A DNA stretch of 64,000 nucleotides from Squalus acanthias (lineage: Eukaryota): NCBI GenBank assembly GCA_030390025.1, contig CM059433.1, positions 16,432,001 to 16,496,000 on the forward strand, given 5' to 3'. The translations under genes and the position numbers were made by a program. The notes below the pieces were generated by a model. The model did not search any database. It was not told the DNA's origin and worked only from the letters and a program-made list of their open reading frames with translations. Numbering within the stretch: the first letter of the stretch is position 1; every line of letters begins with the position of its first letter. Below, piece by piece: positions 58,525 through 64,000 of this stretch.

Positions 58525-59528
58525 AATCAGCCTAAAGTGTCCATCACTTGGGTCTTATGCCATGTAAGTCTAATGCACCTTATCTATTCTGATATGCTGA
58601 AACAAGCAGGTAAATATCGCACAGCAGTTCATTATTAATCAAAGGCTTCTCATTCAATATCATGCTAGTACCAGTGATATAAAAGTGGTATTAAACCCCA
58701 GCAAGTATCAATAACAAGTTCACAAACTGATTGGACATGTGCTAGAAATGTTTATTTGAATAAGGCATTGAAAGTTATTCATTATTTTGAAAGCACTTAT
58801 CAATTAATTTAAAGTATACTTATTTACATATATTTGTAATAATGATAATTTTACCTGTTCGATGGCAATTTTCTAGACACTATATCCTTTGAGGAATTTG
58901 GAGGTTGGAGGTGATAGTGGGGAAGGATTCAGAGTAAATGAGTAATTCCTCACTTTACTAATGTGTATTGCCACTTATGGTTCAGGAAACTAGAAATGTG
59001 TCAAATGCACCAACAGTTGATTAGAGTGACAGACTGCTCAATACAATACAATGCAACTTTTAAAATGCTGGAAGAAAGATTATGCATGTTTCATGCGTAA
59101 ATAAAATATTTATCCTCTTCCTGAATATATCCTGACTGCAGCTATATATCGTTATTTGGTGTAGGAGACCAATGTTTCTAGATATTCCAGTCGCCATTTA
59201 TATAATATTCCTTAGTAGACACAAGTCATTGCAGCTTCAGTTACTGGTAGATGACCTTTCAAATGAAACATCGGCTGATGTTATACTAGTTATATGGGTT
59301 CATGCTAGTGTTTATATTGGTAAAAACCTACAGAGAGAATGATTACTTATTAACTAGTTACCAGAATTCAGGTGTAATTTGACATTTCAAAGTCACTCCA
59401 TAAGAAGCCTTTGATTAATAATTAACCCCTGTGTGATATTTACCTGCTTGTTTCAGTATATCAGAATAGATAAGGTGCATTAGACTTACATGGCAGAACA
59501 CTCAAGTGATGGGCCCTCTAGGCTGATT
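58525..59528. repeat. 126-bp inverted repeat pair (58525-58650 / 59403-59528) with a 752-bp spacer
   Basis: Includes a 38-bp uninterrupted match, TGCCATGTAAGTCTAATGCACCTTATCTATTCTGATAT. Confidence 0.9.
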
Positions 59529-60471
59529 AAAGAAAGATGACTATATTTTCAATCATCAGCGAACTTTATCTATCTTTATATTGAGGAAGCTGGTGAAGGT
59601 CCAAAAAGGACACTGCCAAGGTTGAAAGGATTAGGGCGCTAATTTGCCCTGTGAATTAAATAAAACTTACTTTTTTTCTCCTTTTTTAGTGTAATCACAG
59701 GATAACACAAGTTTACTCATAGTGCATTCCCGGCACAATTCAGCAGCCAGTCAGAATGCAATCACAATAATGCTGGTAAGATATCCGTAAAACGTAATAG
59801 ATGAGTAAATTTTACAAATCAATGGGCAGAAAACCACAGGTTGTCCACCCGTGATTTTCAAATAAGCTGCCCACTGCGTGCGAGGCCCCACGAGTGGGGC
59901 AGGGTCTCGGTAAATTTTGCCCATTATTCTAACTGCAGCCAAACCAATGATTTGTGTTGATTTATACTTCCTTGTGTTTATACTATGAGGGACCGAAAAC
60001 CCAAGATCCCCCGCATCCTGGCATAAGTGTCTGGGACCTCTGGCGCTGACTCCACCAAAGTCAGGAGAAAGACCTTTAATTTGAACACCTCAGGCGGGCG
60101 TCTGCATCTCGGGTGCCCGCTTGTCCCAAGAGGCAGAAAACTACGGCAGACTGTGTTGGGCTAGGGGGTGTTCTGCGCTCTCCCTGGAAACACAACTATT
60201 GTGCTCCCATTGGTTCCCTTTGTACCCAGGCCAAGACTCCTGAGTTGGCCCTGCTTCCTCCATTGGAGGAAGCTCGCATTTGAGAAACGGGGGCATGGCC
60301 AGTTTTGTAGACGGAGATTCGTTTGGGCAGAGGGTTTCCTGGACGGCCATAAAAGATTGAGGACAGTTGGTCATACTGTAGTTACGGGCAAAACTCACTT
60401 ACGCCCAAACTGCCGTACTTCTTTTAAGTCAGGTAATTGGATTGCACCCAGATTACGAATGTAGTTGCATT

Positions 60472-60970
60472 GGATGTGATTGCATTGGAGAGGGTGCAGA
60501 GGAGATTCACCAGGATGTTACCTGGGCTGGAGCGCTTCAGCTATGAAGAAAGAATGGACAGGCTGGGGTTGTTTTCCTTAGAGCAGAGAAGGCTGAGGGG
60601 GGACCTGATTGAGGTGTACAAAATTATGAGGGGCATAGATAGGGTAGTTAGAAAGGAACTTTTCCCCTTAGTAGAGGGGTCAATAACCAGGGGGCATAGT
60701 TTCAAGGTAAGGGGCAGGAGGATTAGAGGGGATTGGAGGAAAAACTTTTTCACCCAGAGGGTGGTTGGAATCTGGAACTCACTGCCTGAAAGGGTGGTAG
60801 AGGCAGGAACCCTCACAACATTCAAGAAGCATTTAGATGAGCACTTGAAACGCCATAGCATACAAGGCTACGGACCAAGTGCTGGAAAATGGGATTAGAA
60901 TAGACAGGGCTTGATGGCCGGCGCGGACACGATGGGCCAAATGGCCTCTTTCTGTGCTGTATAACTCTAT
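60472..60970 (+). mobile_element. 5'-truncated CR1 LINE, near-identical to 45885-46395; tail split by two MITEs
   Basis: Same ORF2 C-terminus ending ...GKWD; tail pieces at 60961-70, 61859-69 and 62757-70. Confidence 0.93.
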
Positions 60971-61858
60971 GGGGGAGAAATTCAGTATCGCCCCATTTGG
61001 GGCGCAATTATCGGCCGGGCGCAAAGATTAGCGCCTGGTGCAAATTATCGCCACCGACTGCAAACTTGACTTTTATCGCCCCTGGAGGTGATTGGAGCGC
61101 TAAATCAGGCGCTTCACACCTGTCTTAAGGCGCAAACGCTGAGGTGCGAGGCGCTACCTCAGAGCGCTGGCGAAGCTCATGTGATGTCAGTCAGCAATGG
61201 AACACACAATGGCGCCGGCCAGTTCTTAAAGGGGATGGTTGATCTTGCTTTCCATCCACATCTTGCTCATTGCAGCCTTGAATCTCGGCCTGGAGAGACC
61301 TGCACATCAAATCTGCTGGAAAGAACAATGGAGAGTACCAGGCAAAGAGCTCAGAGTGCAGCCCCCACAAACTCTTCTAAATCGATACAAGGAATGGCAA
61401 TTCAAAATGAACCTGCAAAGTGCTGCTCAGTACCCAAAACTCCTTCACATAGCGTTGAATCTCTCCAGAAGTCTCTCTCTCTCTCTCTCAGAATGCGTGG
61501 TTCAAAAATGGTACCAACAATAAAAGGCAGGAAGCGGTCGCCTTTAAATAGCGCTCCCCCAGTCCCTTCATGACTGCAAAACGCTCCCCTCAACCTGTCA
61601 TTGCTAGCGTCAGGCGGTAAGGCAGGGGGCGCCACTCAATATCCGCTCCGGGGCGATACCGGGGCGTTGCGCACTCGACTGACGTCACGATCTGCCAGCG
61701 CAGGAGATCGTGGCGGTAGTGTTTAGCGCTGCCGCAAAATGTCTAGTTAATTTTGTGAGCGGCGCAGACATCGCCGCGCCTGGGTGCTAGATGCTTTGCG
61801 CCCCATTAGCGCCCTCTTAAGGCACTAACGGGAGGCACAACCAACTGAATTTTTCCCC
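60971..61858. mobile_element. Harbinger MITE (main family, B-type)
   Basis: TIR GGGGGAGAAATTCAG / CTGAATTTTTCCCC; TAT TSD at 60968-70 and 61859-61. Confidence 0.95.
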
Positions 61859-61869
61859 TATGACTCTAT

Positions 61870-62756
61870 GGGGGAAAATTTCAGTTGGTTTGCGCCTCCC
61901 GTTAGTGCCTTAAGAGGGCGCTAATGGGGCGCAAAGCAACTAGCGCCCGTGGGCGGCGATGTTTGCGCCGCTCACTAAATTAACTAGACATTTTGCGGCA
62001 GCGCTAAACACTACCGCCACGATCTCCTGCGCCGGCAGATCGTGACGTCAGTCGAGTGTGCAACGCCCCGGTAGCACCCCGGACCAAATATTGAGTGGCG
62101 CCCCTGCCTTACCGCCTGCCGCTAGCAACGACAGGTTGAGGGGAGCGTTTTGCAGTCAGGAAGGGACTGGGGGAGCGCTATATAAAGGTGACTGCTTCCT
62201 GCCTTTTTTTGTTGGTGACATTTTTGCACCACGCATTCTGAGAGAGAGAGACTTTTGGAGAGATTCAACGCTGTGTGAAGGAGTTTTGGGTACTGAGCAG
62301 CACTTTGCAGGTTCAATTTGATTTGTCCTTCCTTGTATCGATTTAGAAGAGACTTTGGGGGCTGCACTCTGAGCGCTTTCCCATGGCCTCTCCATTGTTA
62401 TTTCCAGCAGATTTGATGTACAGGTCTCTCCAGGCCGAGATTCAAGGCTGCAATGAGCAGGATGTGGATGGAGAACAAGATCAACCATCCCCTTTAAGAA
62501 CTGGCCGGTGCCATTGTGTCTGTGTTCCATTGCTGACTGACATCACAGGAGCTTCGCCAGCGCTCTGAGGTAGCGCCTCACTCCTCGGCCTTTGCGCCTT
62601 AAGACAGGTGTGAAGCGCCTGATTTAGCTCTCCAATCACCTCCAGGGGCAATAAAAGCCAAGTTTGCAGTCAGAGGCGATAATTAGCGCCAGGCACTAAT
62701 GTTTGCGCCCGGCCGATAATTGCGCCCCAAATGGGGCGATACTGAATTTCTCCCCC
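61870..62756. mobile_element. Harbinger MITE (main family, B-type), inverted relative to 60971-61858
   Basis: TIR GGGGGAAAATTTCAG / CTGAATTTCTCCCCC; TAT TSD at 61867-69 and 62757-59. Confidence 0.95.
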
Positions 62757-62982
62757 TATGACTCTATGACACTGGGCGAAAATGAGGAGCAAACTCCAGG
62801 GCATGCATCCTTGCTCACGTGCAGTTATTTTTAAGCTATAATTTGCAACTTTATTTTCCGGACAGTACACCTTCCTCGATGGCTGGAGGAGGTCCATAAA
62901 AGCTAAATGTCGGGAAATTACATTGTCAACCTCCATAGGCAGGATGAGCACTTAACTTGCCTGAGACCTGGTTGAGTACTGT

Positions 62983-63726
62983 GGGGGAGAAATTCGGTAT
63001 CGCCCCGTCTGGGGCGCTAACTTTTAAAAGTTGAAAAAATTAGCGGCAGGCGCTAATGTTTTTCAACTTTAAAAAATTCAGTTTTGTGCTCCAGGAAGGA
63101 AGTGGAGCGCTAAATCAAGCGTTGCACTTCCTTCCTGAAGCGCAACAGGCAGCAGGCGGGGTTGTAGGTGAGCAGCGCTGCACACTGGGCCGAGCAGCAC
63201 TGCCGCATTGGAAGGCTCCTTATCTCCCTTAAAGGGAAGGGCCATCGCTGCAGGTTCTGCAAGGAAAAAACTTACCTGGTCCCCGACGGCAGCTGCGATC
63301 ATACCCAATCAGCTCGATGTACTGCAGCAGAGTGCCAGGCTGATCCAACGCTGGGGAAGAAAATTGAAAAAAACCAGAAAGAGCATTTGAGAATTTTTTC
63401 CATTTACCTCGGCCACCTCGCCTTTAAGTATCACCCCCGAAGCGCCCGGCCTCCCGATGAACGCCTCCTGCAGCTGCCGGTGTTTTCACCCGGCGATGCT
63501 GCAGGGGGCGTAACCGAAGTTCAGGTCCGGGGCGCTACCGGGGCGATGCGCACAACGATGATGTCACGATCTCTGGGCGAAGGAGATCGGGGCGCAACGC
63601 CATACCGCCGCCGCAAACCTCCCGCCGAATATAGTGGGAGTCGATCTTCTCGCCACGCCCGGTCGGTAAGTGATTAGCGCCCTGTTATCGCCCCCCGGAG
63701 GCGTTAAGGTGCCCAATTTCTAGCCC
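62983..63726. mobile_element. Harbinger-type MITE, related ends but a different core
   Basis: GGGGGAGAAATTCGG / CAATTTCTAGCCC; TAGCGCC motifs; TSD not matched (TGT/TTA). Confidence 0.7.
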
Positions 63727-63863
63727 TTAGTCTGTCTGCGGAGGGCAATAGTATAGGGTGCTTCTGCCTTCACAGGCCCCAGTGAAAAGCATCTCTTCAG
63801 GTGGGTTTCTCACCTGCGAAGTCAGGTAGAGTTTGCAAGGGTGTTAGCTCCTTTAGGTTAATG

Positions 63864-64000
63864 GGGGGAGAAATTCAGTATCGCCCCATTTGGGGCGCAA
63901 TTATCGGCCGGGCGCAAAGATTAGCGCCTGGCGCAAATTATCGCCACCGACTGCAAACTTGACTTTTATCGCCCCTGGAGGTGAGTGGAGCGCTAAATCA
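63864..64000. mobile_element. Harbinger main-family element, left end (runs off the window)
   Basis: Near-identical to 60971-61107. Confidence 0.92.

Overview
Eukaryotic, repeat-saturated genomic DNA, probably intronic or intergenic. The CR1, L2 and Penelope-type repeats suggest a vertebrate, most likely a cartilaginous fish (inference). No host gene is confidently identifiable. The window is dominated by PIF/Harbinger DNA transposons. There are two full-length sibling copies (8277-12439 and 46396-50794), each with a DDE transposase and a convergent three-exon Myb/SANT partner gene. Copy 1 has an intact transposase but an R>G change in the Myb domain; copy 2 has a 1-bp transposase frameshift but an open Myb gene. 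There are also two older two-gene Harbingers (27086-30579, 40307-43584), further relics and about a dozen Harbinger MITEs. Three insertions of the main family sit in the (GACTCTAT)n 3' tail of CR1 LINEs, two of them adjacent and inverted. Other elements include Penelope-like short insertions with minimal hammerhead-ribozyme motifs (one is a perfect 95+1+95-bp palindrome with a TSD), many CR1/L2 fragments, a hAT deletion derivative with an 8-bp TSD, a probable solo LTR, and an unexplained 126-bp inverted repeat pair near 58.5-59.5 kb. All coordinates and alignments were done by eye.
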